From an uncultured Lentisphaerales bacterium (GTDB taxonomy: Bacteria; Verrucomicrobiota; Lentisphaeria; JABSQK01; UBA12247): a stretch of 64,000 nucleotides of DNA. The stretch lies in NCBI GenBank assembly GCA_943788985.1, contig CALSSJ010000011.1:144170-208169 (forward strand), read 5' to 3'. Below the pieces are notes generated by a model. The model was not told the origin of the DNA. It saw nothing but the letters and a program-made list of their open reading frames with translations, and did not search any database. The position numbers and the translations under genes were made by a program. This document shows positions 10,280 through 20,283 of the stretch, piece after piece (positions within the stretch are counted from its first letter, which is position 1; each line of letters starts with the position of its first letter).

Positions 10280-10616
10280 CGTCCTCAATTTTGGAGACTT
10301 TGGGTTGCAGGTTCTGGAGCGCGGCTTTATCACAAACCGCCAGATTGAAGCTGCACGTATTGCGATTACGCGCCACATGCGCCGACGTGGTCAGGTCTGG
10401 ATCCGGATGTTCCCGGACAAGCCGATTTCGAAAAAGCCACTTGAGACGCGTATGGGTAAGGGAAAGGGTAACACAGAGGCCTGGGTGGCTTGTGTGAAAC
10501 CTGGCCGTGTTATCTTTGAAATTCGCGGTTGTTCCGAGACTGTGGCACGTGAAGCGCTCGCTTTGGGTGCTGCCAAACTGGGGCATCGTTGCAAAATGTT
10601 GTCGCGTGAGGGTTGA
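10203..10616 (+). CDS. rplP: 50S ribosomal protein L16
   Basis: [41 protein letters not shown]. Confidence 0.98.
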   Translation: MPLMPKRVKHRKVQRGKIRGNATSGNVLNFGDFGLQVLERGFITNRQIEAARIAITRHMRRRGQVWIRMFPDKPISKKPLETRMGKGKGNTEAWVACVKPGRVIFEIRGCSETVAREALALGAAKLGHRCKMLSREG

Positions 10617-10619
10617 TCG

Positions 10620-10820
10620 ATGAAAGGTAGCGAAGTTGCAGAACTGACGGAGTTGGAACTGACGGCGCGTCTGGAGGAGACGCAGCGTGAGTTATTCAAC
10701 CTTCGCGTCCAAGCCGCCATTGGTGCTTTGGAGAATACTGCTCGGGTACGAGCCCTTCGTCGTGATGTTGCGCGTCTGAGATCGGAAGAGACCAAGCGCA
10801 ATAAGACGGCTGCGAACTAG
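10620..10820 (+). CDS. rpmC: 50S ribosomal protein L29
   Basis: ELFNLRVQAAIGALENTARVRALRRDVARL; position after rplP. Confidence 0.95.
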   Translation: MKGSEVAELTELELTARLEETQRELFNLRVQAAIGALENTARVRALRRDVARLRSEETKRNKTAAN

Positions 10821-10833
10821 GAGAAATGCTGAG

Positions 10834-11114
10834 ATGAGTGAAGCTACTGAAAAAAAGCGCGGCCTGCGTAAGCAGCGTACCGGCGTGGTCGTCAGTAATA
10901 AAGGGGATAAGACAATCGTCGTGCAAGTGACACGCCGTGCCGCGCATTCCGCTCTATAAAAAGGTGATCAGTCTGACCAAGAAATTTCATGCCCATGATG
11001 AAACCAATGACGCCAATATCGGCGACACGGTGACCATCGTGGAGGACACGTCCACTGAGCAAGCTTAAACGCTGGCGGATGACTGCAGTTGTTCGTCGCG
11101 CAGTGGAGGACTGA
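10834..11114 (+). CDS. rpsQ: 30S ribosomal protein S17 (two apparent +1 insertions; absent from the ORF track)
   Basis: [75 protein letters not shown]; extra T near 10948 and extra G near 11044. Confidence 0.93.
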
Positions 11115-11117
11115 GCC

Positions 11118-11483
11118 ATGATTCAAATGCAGACCATAATGGACATCGCTGACAACTCTGGCGCACGCCGGGTGATGGCGATTACAGTCTTGGGGCAACA
11201 GCGCAAAGTCGCTCGCGTTGGTGATGTCGTGACTGCGGCTGTCAAAGAAGCCTCTCCGAATGGAGCTGTCAAGAAGGGCGATGTCGTCCGTGTTGTAGTG
11301 GTTCGTACGCGCTCGGCAATTCGTCGCGAGGACGGCTCGTACTTACGCTTCGACCGTAACGCGGGCGTTGTCATCGATGACGGTGGCAACCCACGCGGAA
11401 CCCGTATTTTCGGGCCTGTGGCTCGTGAACTTCGGGATTCCAACTATATGCGTATCGTCTCGCTGGCGCCGGAGGTGCTGTGA
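11118..11483 (+). CDS. rplN: 50S ribosomal protein L14
   Basis: [35 protein letters not shown]. Confidence 0.98.
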   Translation: MIQMQTIMDIADNSGARRVMAITVLGQQRKVARVGDVVTAAVKEASPNGAVKKGDVVRVVVVRTRSAIRREDGSYLRFDRNAGVVIDDGGNPRGTRIFGPVARELRDSNYMRIVSLAPEVL

Positions 11484-11747
11484 TGCGGCGGATATGGAAG
11501 GGTGACACCGTCGAGGTAATCAGCGGCCGTGCTGTTGGACAGACCGGCCATGTCCTCGTAGTGGATTACAAGAAGGAGCAAGTGATCGTGGAGGGAGTAA
11601 ATACCCGCATGGTTGCTACTCGTCCTGGGTCCCAGTTCCCCCGGTGGGCTGATCGAGCGTGAGTGCCCGATCCACTTGTCGAACGTACTGGTGACGGTCG
11701 AATCCCCCGAGCACAAAAAAGAGTTGGAACGCAAGGGCTTGCTCTAA
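11483..11747 (+). CDS. rplX: 50S ribosomal protein L24 (apparent frameshift in the C-run near 11640)
   Basis: KOW motif KGDTVEVISG..G, VIVEGVN, then in the next frame GGLIERECPIHLSNV. Confidence 0.9.
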
Positions 11748-11769
11748 GCCTGCTTGAGGAGACAAAACG

Positions 11770-12308
11770 ATGAGTGTATTACTTGAACAATATCGTTCGG
11801 AGATGATTCCGAAGCTGCAGGCCTCGCGCTCCTACGGGAACGTGATGCAGGTGCCGAAGCTTGAGAAAATCGTCCTGAACTGCGGAATCTCGTCACAGCG
11901 TGACCGCGACATGTTTGCGAATGCCCAGCTCGCGCTGAGTGACATTACTGGCCAGCGGCCGGTGATTACAAAGACACGCATGAACATCGCCAACTTTAAG
12001 CTCCGTGAGGGCATGAATGTCGGTGTGTGTGTCACGTTGCGTAAAGAACGCATGTACGACTTTTACTACCGGCTGACGCGCGTGGCTCTGCCGCGAGGTG
12101 CGTGACTTTCGCGGTGTGGGCAGCCAAGGCCTTTGACGGCCGCGGCAACTACAGCATGGGCTTGGAAGACGTGACCATTTTTACTGAAGTTAACCCCGAT
12201 AAATTAAAGTACACGATCGGCATGAGCATCGCTATTGTGACAACTGCTGCGACCAACGAAGAAGGTCTGGAGTTGTTGACAATGCTTGGCATGCCGTTCG
12301 AGAAATAA
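11770..12308 (+). CDS. rplE: 50S ribosomal protein L5 (two apparent +1 insertions near 12097 and 12119)
   Basis: [37 protein letters not shown]/..[15 protein letters not shown]. Confidence 0.95.
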
Positions 12309-12321
12309 GGAGACCGGACCT

Positions 12322-12507
12322 GTGGCACGGAAAGCACTTGTCGCCAAAGCGAAGCGTAAGCCAAAATTCTCTACCCGTCAGTACAACCGCTGCCGCACCT
12401 GTGGTCGTGCCCGGGCGTATATCCGAAAGTTTCAAGTCTGCCGTATCTGCTTCCGCGAACTTGCCTCCCGTGGCGAGATTCCGGGTGTAGTCAAGGCGAG
12501 CTGGTAG
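12322..12507 (+). CDS. rpsN: 30S ribosomal protein S14, zinc-binding type
   Basis: 61 aa from [40 protein letters not shown]. Confidence 0.97.
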   Translation: MARKALVAKAKRKPKFSTRQYNRCRTCGRARAYIRKFQVCRICFRELASRGEIPGVVKASW

Positions 12508-12518
12508 GAGGAATAATT

Positions 12519-12911
12519 ATGATTAGCGATCCTATTGCAGACATGCTGACGCGAGTTCGCAACGCCTCTCGCGCCGCGCATTCCGTGGTCGAGATGCCGT
12601 CTTCCATCCTCAAAGTAGCGATTGCCGACACGCTCAAGCGTGAAGGCTACATTCGTGGCTATGAAGTTTCGGAAGATGGTGCGAAGCGGACCTTGAAGGT
12701 AAGCCTGAAGTATTTTAAGGAAGAATCGGTCATCGCTGGCATCGAGCGCGTCAGTCGCTCTTCTCAGCGTGTGTATGTGGGCCATGAATCTGTTCCTCGG
12801 ACGCTTGGCGGTCTTGGAATTGTGATTCTCTCGACGGCTCAGGGCGTGATTACCGGCAAAGATGCCAGGAATCGCGGCGTGGGCGGCGAAGTCCTCTGCC
12901 GAGTCTGGTAG
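12519..12911 (+). CDS. rpsH: 30S ribosomal protein S8
   Basis: DPIADMLTRVRNA, LKREGYI, GLGIVILST, GGEVLCRVW. Confidence 0.98.
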   Translation: MISDPIADMLTRVRNASRAAHSVVEMPSSILKVAIADTLKREGYIRGYEVSEDGAKRTLKVSLKYFKEESVIAGIERVSRSSQRVYVGHESVPRTLGGLGIVILSTAQGVITGKDARNRGVGGEVLCRVW

Positions 12912-12927
12912 AATAGGGGGATAAAAT

Positions 12928-13459
12928 ATGTCACGTATTGGAAATCAACCTATCGCGCTCAACGGTGCGACTGCCTCGTTCAAGGACGGCGTCATCTCCG
13001 TAAAGGGAGCGAAAGGTGAACTGCAGCACATCGTGCCAGAGGCCATTGTGGTGGAGATCACTGACGCGGAAATTCGGGTAAAACGCCCAAATGACCACCG
13101 GGGAAACGAAAGCCCAACACGGTTTGTATCGGTCCTTGATCAATAATATGGTCATTGGCGTGAGCACCGGCTTCAAGAAGACGTTACTGATCGAAGGCGT
13201 GGGCTATCGTGCCGCGCTGAAAGGGAAGAACCTCGGATTGACTTTGGGGCATTCGCACCCGATCGATTACCAAGTGCCTGAAGGGATCACCTTTACTGTG
13301 CCGAACAATACAACGATCGAGATCGATGGTATTGACAAGCAGCAAGTGGGTCAGGTTGCAGCGATTATTCGTGAGTTCCGTCCCCCCGAGCCTTATAAGG
13401 GCAAGGGGATTCGGTATTCTGACGAACATATTCGCCGCAAAGAAGGCAAGACGGTCTGA
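12928..13459 (+). CDS. rplF: 50S ribosomal protein L6 (apparent +1 insertion in the G-run near 13101)
   Basis: [17 protein letters not shown], then [35 protein letters not shown]. Confidence 0.95.
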
Positions 13460-13477
13460 TAAGAGTAGGAGCAAGAT

Positions 13478-13841
13478 ATGCCTAAGATTGATCGCAAAGC
13501 GAAGCGCCTCGGGCGCCGCACTCGCCTTCCGCCGCCGAATTTCAGGAACCAGCGAGATCCCTCGTATGGCTGTGTTCGTCAGCGACCGGCACGTATATGT
13601 GCAGTTTATTGATGATGTGTCCGGTGTCACTGTGGCATCATGTTCCACGCGTGTGAAGGAAGTCCGTGAGGGCAACCAGAGCGGAGACGTCGCAGGTGCT
13701 GCCACAGTAGGCAAACTTGGTGCTGAGCGGCTGCAAGCCGCTGGAATCAGCAAGGTCGTTTTCGACCGCGGCGGATTTCGGTTTCACGGTCGCGTGAAGG
13801 CAGTGGCCGAGGCAGCTCGTGAAGCTGGCCTGCAGTTCTAA
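13478..13841 (+). CDS. rplR: 50S ribosomal protein L18 (apparent +1 insertion near 13530)
   Basis: MPKIDRKAKRLGRRTRL/RRRISGT..PRMAVF, VVFDRGGFRFHGRVKAVAEAAREAGLQF; RBS AGGAG. Confidence 0.95.
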
Positions 13842-13860
13842 GGATTAAACGTAGCAAACT

Positions 13861-13886
13861 GCCTGTGATGTGCGAGCATCACAGGC
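13861..13886 (+). promoter_or_regulatory. GNRA-tetraloop hairpin between rplR and rpsE
   Basis: GCCTGTGATG-T-GCGA-G-CATCACAGGC: perfect 10-bp stem, U-G closing pair, GCGA loop, no U-tract. Confidence 0.6.
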
Positions 13887-13904
13887 GCTCAGTGGAGAGA
13901 AAGA

Positions 13905-14397
13905 ATGGCTGACAGACACCCGTAGGGATGACAAGGACGACCTGGAAGATCGCGTCGTCGCGATCAACCGCTGTAGTAAGGTGGTGAAGGGCGGACGTAA
14001 CTTCAGTTTTAGCGCGTTGGTCGTAGTAGGAGATCGTGCTGGCAAAGTCGGTTTCGCACTTGGCCGGGCCAATGAAGTCGCTGATGCGATCCGCAAGGGA
14101 ACGGAGTCGGCGCGTCGTGCGCTGGTCCAGATCCCGTTGCGAGGCAACACTCTGCCGCACGCACAAAAGGCTAAGTTCAGTGGCGCTCATGTTATGCTTC
14201 GCCCAGCATCACCAGGTACCGGCATGATTGCTGGTGGTGGTATGCGCGCAGTACTTGATTTGGCAGGCGTCCATGATGTTCTGGCTAAGTCACTGGGCTC
14301 TAATAACCAGATAAATGTCGTGAAGGCGACGATGGCTGCGCTGCAGAATATGCAGAGCTATAAGCACGTCGTCGAGAAGCGCGGCGTAAAGATCTGA
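13905..14397 (+). CDS. rpsE: 30S ribosomal protein S5 (apparent +1 insertion near 13920)
   Basis: INRCSKVVKGGRNFSFSALVVVGD, LRPASPGTG, KSLGSNN; ATG 13905 after GGAGAG joins the frame if one C is removed. Confidence 0.95.
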
Positions 14398-14422
14398 GTA
14401 ACGGCGAGACGAGAGGAAAGAG

Positions 14423-14863
14423 ATGAAACTGCATTCGCTTAAGAATACGGTCACCCGGAAGCCGCGTAAGCGCGTCGGGCGGGGCCATGGTAATAATTGG
14501 GGGCGTTGTGCCGGTCGCGGGGATAAGGGCCAAATGGCGCGTTCCGGTGCGGTTCGTCGTCCTCACTTTGAGGGTGGACAGATTCCATTGTTTCGGCGGT
14601 TGCCGAAGCGCGGGTTCAATAGCCCCAATCACAAGTACTACGCGTTGGTTAACCTTCACGCCCTTGACGAGCATTTTGCTGCTGGAGAGATTGTGGATCC
14701 GGAGATTCTCGCAGCGAAGGGGATGATCGGGAAACTGCAAAGTGGCGTCAAGGTCCTTGCTGATGGCGAGTTGTCCAAGGCGCTGACGGTGCGTGCCCAC
14801 AAGTTTTCCGCAGCAGCGCAGGCTCAGATTGAGGCCGCTGGCGGGACTTGCGAGTCTCTGTAA
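14423..14863 (+). CDS. rplO: 50S ribosomal protein L15
   Basis: [36 protein letters not shown]. Confidence 0.98.
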   Translation: MKLHSLKNTVTRKPRKRVGRGHGNNWGRCAGRGDKGQMARSGAVRRPHFEGGQIPLFRRLPKRGFNSPNHKYYALVNLHALDEHFAAGEIVDPEILAAKGMIGKLQSGVKVLADGELSKALTVRAHKFSAAAQAQIEAAGGTCESL

Positions 14864-14884
14864 CCCCCCGGGAATCATCTTTCC

Positions 14885-16261
14885 ATGTGGAACGCATTAC
14901 AAAACTGCTTTAAGATCCCGGAACTGCGCAAACGTATTCTGATCACGATCGGAATCATTGCGCTGTGCCGGCTTGCGCAGAATATCCCGTGCCCAGGGCT
15001 CGATCCCACCAACCTGAACAAGCTGTTTGAACAGCTTAAGTCTCAGGGTGGAGCGGGCGATGTCGTCGGTTTGATTGACGTGTTCAGTGGCGGCGCGCTG
15101 CGGCGTTTTGCTGTGGCTGCTCTGGGCATCATGCCCTACATCACGATGTCCATCATCATTCAGGTCCTTTCGCCTGTGCTTCCCGCATTGGAGAAACTCA
15201 AGCGTGAGGGTGAGTCTGGCCATCAGAAGATTACGCAGATGACCCGTATCGGGACACTCGTAATCTGTGTGATTCAGGGTGGAATGCTGGCGATGTCGAT
15301 GGAAAATCCCAACGCTTTGTTTGGGACGAGTGTCGAGGGCATCGTCATTAACCCCGGCTGGGGCTTTAGGATTATGACGGTGCTAATCCTCACGGCTGGT
15401 ACGGTCATCTTGATGTGGCTCGGTGAGCGCATCTCGGATGCAGGAGTTGGCAACGGTGCTTCATTGATCATTACGATCGGTATCATCGAAGGCCTTCCGA
15501 CTGCGTTTGAGACGATCAAGCAGATGTACTTGGGGGACAGCACGTTCACGATTCTGCATTTGCTGTTGTTGGTCGCGTTCTTCTTATTGGTGACTGCGGC
15601 AGTGGTGAACCTAACCCTTGGGCAGCGGCGTGTGGCGCTGCAGTTCGCCAGGACGACCGCCGGTCGTCGTGGTAACGGACCTGCACAGCGTGAGAACTCT
15701 TTCATCCCGTTGCGTGTGAACTATGCAAACGTGATGCCGATTATCTTCGGCCAGGCGCTGCTGATGTTCCCACCGATCCTAATCGGTGCAATTGCCAAGA
15801 AGTGGTCGGGGATCAGTGTGATTGCCCCGCTTTTTGACTATGGTTCGACGCCGTACATGGTTATCTACGGCGCACTGTTGATTGGCTTTACCTTTTTCTG
15901 GGTAGCTAATCAGTTCAACCCTCTGCAGATCGCTGATGATCTCAAACGGCAAGGTGCCTACATTCCTGGAATTCGGCCAGGGCAGGCAACCAGTGACTTT
16001 CTGGACAACACGATGACTCGTGTGACTACGATTGGTGCTGTGTACCTGACAGTTGTGGCCTTGCTGCCGATCATCGTGACCCAGCAGTTCGAGATGAATC
16101 AGTTGGTCGCGAGCTACTTCGGTGGCGCTAGCCTGCTGATTATTGCCGGTGTGTTGTTGGATACCATTCAGCAAGTGGAGTCACACTTACTGACACATCG
16201 TTACGACGGATTCCTGTCCCGTGGCCAGTTACGTTCGCGCCGCGGCGGACAGAACGTTTAA
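14885..16261 (+). CDS. secY: Preprotein translocase subunit SecY
   Basis: ALGIMPYIT, MWLGERIS..GVGNGASL, NVMPIIF, IPGIRPG. Confidence 0.98.
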   Translation: MWNALQNCFKIPELRKRILITIGIIALCRLAQNIPCPGLDPTNLNKLFEQLKSQGGAGDVVGLIDVFSGGALRRFAVAALGIMPYITMSIIIQVLSPVLPALEKLKREGESGHQKITQMTRIGTLVICVIQGGMLAMSMENPNALFGTSVEGIVINPGWGFRIMTVLILTAGTVILMWLGERISDAGVGNGASLIITIGIIEGLPTAFETIKQMYLGDSTFTILHLLLLVAFFLLVTAAVVNLTLGQRRVALQFARTTAGRRGNGPAQRENSFIPLRVNYANVMPIIFGQALLMFPPILIGAIAKKWSGISVIAPLFDYGSTPYMVIYGALLIGFTFFWVANQFNPLQIADDLKRQGAYIPGIRPGQATSDFLDNTMTRVTTIGAVYLTVVALLPIIVTQQFEMNQLVASYFGGASLLIIAGVLLDTIQQVESHLLTHRYDGFLSRGQLRSRRGGQNV

Positions 16262-16302
16262 ACCCATCATTCTTGTTGATACGATAAGAGAAGGACCAAG
16301 AG

Positions 16303-16437
16303 ATGAGACCTACTTTTCAACCATCCAATCGTCGCCGTAAGCGACGTCTCGGGTTTCGTGCCCGTATGCAAACGCGTCATGGGCGCGCAATTATTAAGCG
16401 TCGCCGCCAGAAGGGTCGCAAGCGTCTGACCGCCTGA
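16303..16437 (+). CDS. rpmH: 50S ribosomal protein L34 (below the ORF-track size cut-off)
   Basis: [44 protein letters not shown], 44 aa. Confidence 0.97.
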   Translation: MRPTFQPSNRRRKRRLGFRARMQTRHGRAIIKRRRQKGRKRLTA

Positions 16438-16442
16438 CGCAT

Positions 16443-16844
16443 ATGGGATCTTTCTACGACGGGCCAACTGGAGCGTTTGGGAAGGATCGTATGCTGCGTA
16501 AGGGCGCGGACTTCTCGTTACTTCGGGCCAAGGGCCAAGATCACCGTGGGCATCGCCTGCTTTTTTCTTGGCTGCCGGCTCCAGATGGGGTCAGCCGCCT
16601 TGGCTTAGTGGTCAGTAAGAAGTACCACAGGCGAGCCGTCCACCGGAATCGCGCGCGTCGCTTGATGCGTGAGTGCTTCCGTTTGACAGAGGGCCGGTTC
16701 AGTCAGCCTGTATGGGCCGTTCTGGTCGCACGTCGCGGCATGAGTGGTCAGAAACTGATGGGTGTACAGCGTGAGCTTCTCTATCACTGTCACCAAGCAG
16801 ATTTGCTTGCAAAAAAAGAGGGTGATGATGAGGATTCCAGATGA
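16443..16844 (+). CDS. rnpA: Ribonuclease P protein component
   Basis: [22 protein letters not shown] (RNR motif); follows rpmH. Confidence 0.93.
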   Translation: MGSFYDGPTGAFGKDRMLRKGADFSLLRAKGQDHRGHRLLFSWLPAPDGVSRLGLVVSKKYHRRAVHRNRARRLMRECFRLTEGRFSQPVWAVLVARRGMSGQKLMGVQRELLYHCHQADLLAKKEGDDEDSR

Positions 16845-17116
16845 TCAGGAGAGCTTGGGAACTGCTTTGGCAGCTGCCACGCGGTGTGGCGGTGGCATCC
16901 GTGCGCGCCTACAGAGTCTGTATCTCGCCCCTGCTGCCACCAGCTTGCCGGTTTGTGCCGACTTGCTCGGAGTATGCAATCACGGCGTTTCGAGCGCACG
17001 GGTTTTTCGCAGGGCTGGGCCTCACGGTCTACCGAATTCTGCGTTGCAATCCCTTCTGCAAGGGGGGGTACGATCCTGTCCCTTGCAGCGAACACGAGGA
17101 GCCGCCTGATGGATAA
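16841..17116 (+). CDS. yidD: Membrane protein insertion efficiency factor
   Basis: [34 protein letters not shown]. Confidence 0.95.
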   Translation: MIRRAWELLWQLPRGVAVASVRAYRVCISPLLPPACRFVPTCSEYAITAFRAHGFFAGLGLTVYRILRCNPFCKGGYDPVPCSEHEEPPDG

Positions 17117-18884
17117 GAGAGATATGCCTCTGGGCATTGTCTGCGTCTTGGTGCTGGCTTGGTGGATGGTGAGCTACGGCGGTTGTGGCAAGCGGCCTAT
17201 CGACGCAGCTACTGGCAATGAGCCGGCACCCGAAGCTGTCGCCGAGAGTGTCTCGGCGCAAGAGTCGCAGAACTGGAAGACGGCAGAGCTGAGCCTGCCC
17301 AAGGATTTGGTAGCTGCTGCTGCCCTCAGTGAGCCAGAGGTCGAGCCAGAACTGACTGCTGCTGTCCATCATGCGGGCTTTGAAACGCTCGATGACGTGC
17401 AGACGGTGACGCTGGAATCAGAGTTTGCCGATTATGTGGTCGACCCCAATGCAGGCGGAGTCATCGGGGCCCGGCTGCATGCGTACAAGAATGAGGAGCG
17501 CACAGACGATATGGAGCTTGGCGCCATTGAGTTTCCGATCCTTGCCGTTCGGGCCCGAGAGGCTGCCTCTGGGTGGCTGTTTACCAAGCCGCGTCTGGAG
17601 GAGCAGACCAAGGAGAGCGTCACGTTCGCGCGAGGTGTGATTGGGCACCCACTGTTAGTCGAGCAGCAGGTTTCTCTGAGCCCTGATGCCCCGTACCGCT
17701 TGAAATATAAACTGCGTGTCCGCAACACTGGATCGCAACGCATTGACCTTGGCGATCTACGTCTGAGCTGCGGGGCGATGGCTGAACTCGGTACGGCGAA
17801 GGGGTTCATGGGAGCTGGAGGGATGGACCAGCGACTGGATCTGATGCCGGCCGGGAAGACAAAGCCAAAGACCTACCCAATCCACAAGATCGCGAAGCTT
17901 AAGGCCGAGAAGATTGAGGAGCTGAGTACAAGCGAGCAGCAGTGGGTTGCCGTGCAGAATAAATACTTTGCGTCGATCGTGACGCCTACTGGCGGCTTCA
18001 GTGGTGTTGAGTTGACACTCCGGGATGCGGCAGACGAAGCTGAAAGTGAGCTAATTGCTGGGTATGGCTTTCTCGAAAGTCGTTCGTTGGCAGGCGGCGA
18101 GTATACGGACTGGGAGTTTGACGTACATCTTGGGCCGAAGATTCGCGACGTGCTGCAGACGATGGGACAAAACCAAGATCGTGTGATGCAGTTTGACCTG
18201 TTTATGTTTTTCCAGTTTAAGTGGATGGAGGCAATCTCCTCACTCATCTTTTGGTTGCTGCTGACCTTCGAGAGCTATCTGCCCGGCTACGGCTGGTCCA
18301 TCATGGCTCTTACTGTGTTAATCCGTACGATCTTCTGGCCGGTCACGCACCGTGCTACGATGCTCTCCCGCCGCATGCAGGCAGTAGCTCCAGAAATGAA
18401 GGAGCTGAAGGAGAAGTACAAGGACGATCCGCAGCGCATGCAGGAAAAGACCTGGGAGTTGTACAAGACGCACAAGATCAACCCACTCGCGGGCTGCCTA
18501 CCGATGGTGCTGCAGATTCCGGTATTTTTTGCCTTGTTTAATGTCCTGCGAAATGCGATTGAGCTGCGGCAGGAGTCTTGGCTCTGGGTAACGGACTTGT
18601 CCAAGCCGGACACAATTGCCACGCTTGGCTCGATACCGTTGAACCCGCTGGCGGTGACGATGGGGCTGTCGATGTTTCTGCAGCAGTATCTGACGCCGTC
18701 GACTGCGGATCCCAATCAGAAGAAGATGATGCAGTTCATGACGATCGGGTTCATGTTCATGCTGTACACGATGCCATCGGGCCTGACGCTTTATTGGACC
18801 GTCAACAACATCATTTCCATCATTCAGTACAGGGTAACCAGAGCCAAACCGGAGGGTAATGATGAGCAACCGGCAAAATCCTGA
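17109..18884 (+). CDS. yidC: Membrane protein insertase YidC
   Basis: [55 protein letters not shown]; start MDKRD at 17109. Confidence 0.96.
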   Translation: MDKRDMPLGIVCVLVLAWWMVSYGGCGKRPIDAATGNEPAPEAVAESVSAQESQNWKTAELSLPKDLVAAAALSEPEVEPELTAAVHHAGFETLDDVQTVTLESEFADYVVDPNAGGVIGARLHAYKNEERTDDMELGAIEFPILAVRAREAASGWLFTKPRLEEQTKESVTFARGVIGHPLLVEQQVSLSPDAPYRLKYKLRVRNTGSQRIDLGDLRLSCGAMAELGTAKGFMGAGGMDQRLDLMPAGKTKPKTYPIHKIAKLKAEKIEELSTSEQQWVAVQNKYFASIVTPTGGFSGVELTLRDAADEAESELIAGYGFLESRSLAGGEYTDWEFDVHLGPKIRDVLQTMGQNQDRVMQFDLFMFFQFKWMEAISSLIFWLLLTFESYLPGYGWSIMALTVLIRTIFWPVTHRATMLSRRMQAVAPEMKELKEKYKDDPQRMQEKTWELYKTHKINPLAGCLPMVLQIPVFFALFNVLRNAIELRQESWLWVTDLSKPDTIATLGSIPLNPLAVTMGLSMFLQQYLTPSTADPNQKKMMQFMTIGFMFMLYTMPSGLTLYWTVNNIISIIQYRVTRAKPEGNDEQPAKS

Positions 18885-19161
18885 GAGTACCCGCGACACG
18901 CTAGCCCAGATGCTGGACCTTCTCGGCATGGAGGCTCGAGTCGTGGTGGAGGAAGAGGATCAAGAGACGATCTACCTTCTGATTCATACCGACGATCCCG
19001 GACGTGTGATCGGGAGAAAGGGAGAAACGCTCCATAACCTGCAGCACCTGCTTAATGCAATGAGGCTCAACCAAGTCGCAGACCACCCTCGCATTCGGAT
19101 CAACGTGGACAGTGAGCGTCGTGAGTCGAACCGACGTTCGCACCTCGCAGATCGTGGCTGA
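18859..19161 (+). CDS. Short Jag/KhpB-like KH-domain RNA-binding protein, no R3H domain visible
   Basis: GRVIGRKGETLHNLQHLLN KH motif; canonical jag position after yidC; only 100 aa. Confidence 0.8.
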   Translation: MMSNRQNPESTRDTLAQMLDLLGMEARVVVEEEDQETIYLLIHTDDPGRVIGRKGETLHNLQHLLNAMRLNQVADHPRIRINVDSERRESNRRSHLADRG

Positions 19162-19888
19162 GAGGACTGCTCGGACGCTGCTGATCAACGTCGGCAACAC
19201 GCACGTGTCTTACGTGGGATGTGAGCAGGGAAGGGTCATCGGAAAGGTGCGCGTGGTGCCTGTGGCCCAGGCCCAAAATGCGCTAGAGCTGGAAGCGGAG
19301 CAGTCCTGGTTTGTCTGTTCCGTCGTGCCAGCCCTATTGGACGAGCTGCATCATCTCCAACCGGATATGGTGCAGATCTCTCCGAGTCATGCGTCCGATG
19401 TTGATTGGGGGACCGTCGACCTTTCGACGTACGGTCTGGATCGTGTGGCAAATGTAATTGCTGGCCGCGCTCTGGGGCGGGGTGCCGTAGCGATCATCGA
19501 TATTGGTACGGCCGTGACAGTGGATGTGGTCGATGAAAGTGGCGTGCTTCTGGGCGGGGTGATTCTGCCGGGGCGCCAGCTGCAGCGGAAGGCGCTGAAC
19601 GACTACACAGCCCAGTTGCCGTTGGTAGGACTCAACAGTGAGCTACCACTTCTCGGCACTTCTACTAGGCAGGCTATCTCCTCTGGGATTGATCTGGCAA
19701 TCGCGAACGGAGTCGCGGGTATTCTGGGGCGGATCAAGGCCGAGGCAGCAATACCGAGCCTGTCTGTTCTTGCCACGGGCGGGGACATGGACTTCTTTGC
19801 CGCGGCGATACCTGGCTTTGCGATCTCCGAACGGCCGTATTTAACTTTGGAAGGCATGGCACGCGCTGCCGAGGCGGCCGGACTGTGA
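19154..19888 (+). CDS. coaX: Type III pantothenate kinase
   Basis: INVGNT (usually DxGNT), CSVVP, YGLDRVAN, DIGTAVTVD, GGVILPG, ATGG, LTLEG. Confidence 0.9.
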   Translation: MAERTARTLLINVGNTHVSYVGCEQGRVIGKVRVVPVAQAQNALELEAEQSWFVCSVVPALLDELHHLQPDMVQISPSHASDVDWGTVDLSTYGLDRVANVIAGRALGRGAVAIIDIGTAVTVDVVDESGVLLGGVILPGRQLQRKALNDYTAQLPLVGLNSELPLLGTSTRQAISSGIDLAIANGVAGILGRIKAEAAIPSLSVLATGGDMDFFAAAIPGFAISERPYLTLEGMARAAEAAGL

Positions 19889-19889
19889 G

Positions 19890-20180
19890 TCAGCTGCGAC
19901 CCGGGATTACTATCTCCGCCAGTGGCGAGACTGCGATGACGCGTTGGATCCGGACCCATTGTGATCGTCGGCTTGAGGAGAGACCATGTTCGGCGCACTC
20001 GATCAGGAACTGCTCCAGAGGCACACGGTGGTGGGCCTGGTCAAAAAGAAGCCCGTCTGTCAACTTGAGCCCCGCCGAGGTGTTCTCTACCAATGTGCCG
20101 ATGAAGGTTTTGTCGGTGTCAGTCTCGACGATCACCACTTGGTCGGTCCAGCAGGTCAGGTCAGGAATTTCGGAGTTCAT
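19890..20180 (-). CDS. Small hypothetical protein, possibly Sm/LSm-like fold
   Basis: About 96 aa; QVVIVETDTDKTFIGTLVENTSAGLKLTDG resembles Sm1, WVRIQRVIAVSPL resembles Sm2. Confidence 0.6.
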   Translation of the reverse strand: MNSEIPDLTCWTDQVVIVETDTDKTFIGTLVENTSAGLKLTDGLLFDQAHHRVPLEQFLIECAEHGLSSSRRSQWVRIQRVIAVSPLAEIVIPGRS

Positions 20181-20283
20181 TTCGGTGTGCTCAATTTCGG
20201 AGAACAAGTTATCTGCCGGGGTTGCTCGGTTATCGTTGCGCAAGAGGCAATTGCCTTGAGTCATCTAGGGATCAGGTAGAAAG

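Noticed and set aside
10834..13930. Programmed frameshifting or true pseudogenisation of six r-protein genes
   Set aside because: No shared slippery motif, all lesions are one-base run extensions, and the proteins are otherwise conserved and essential; sequencing error is far more likely
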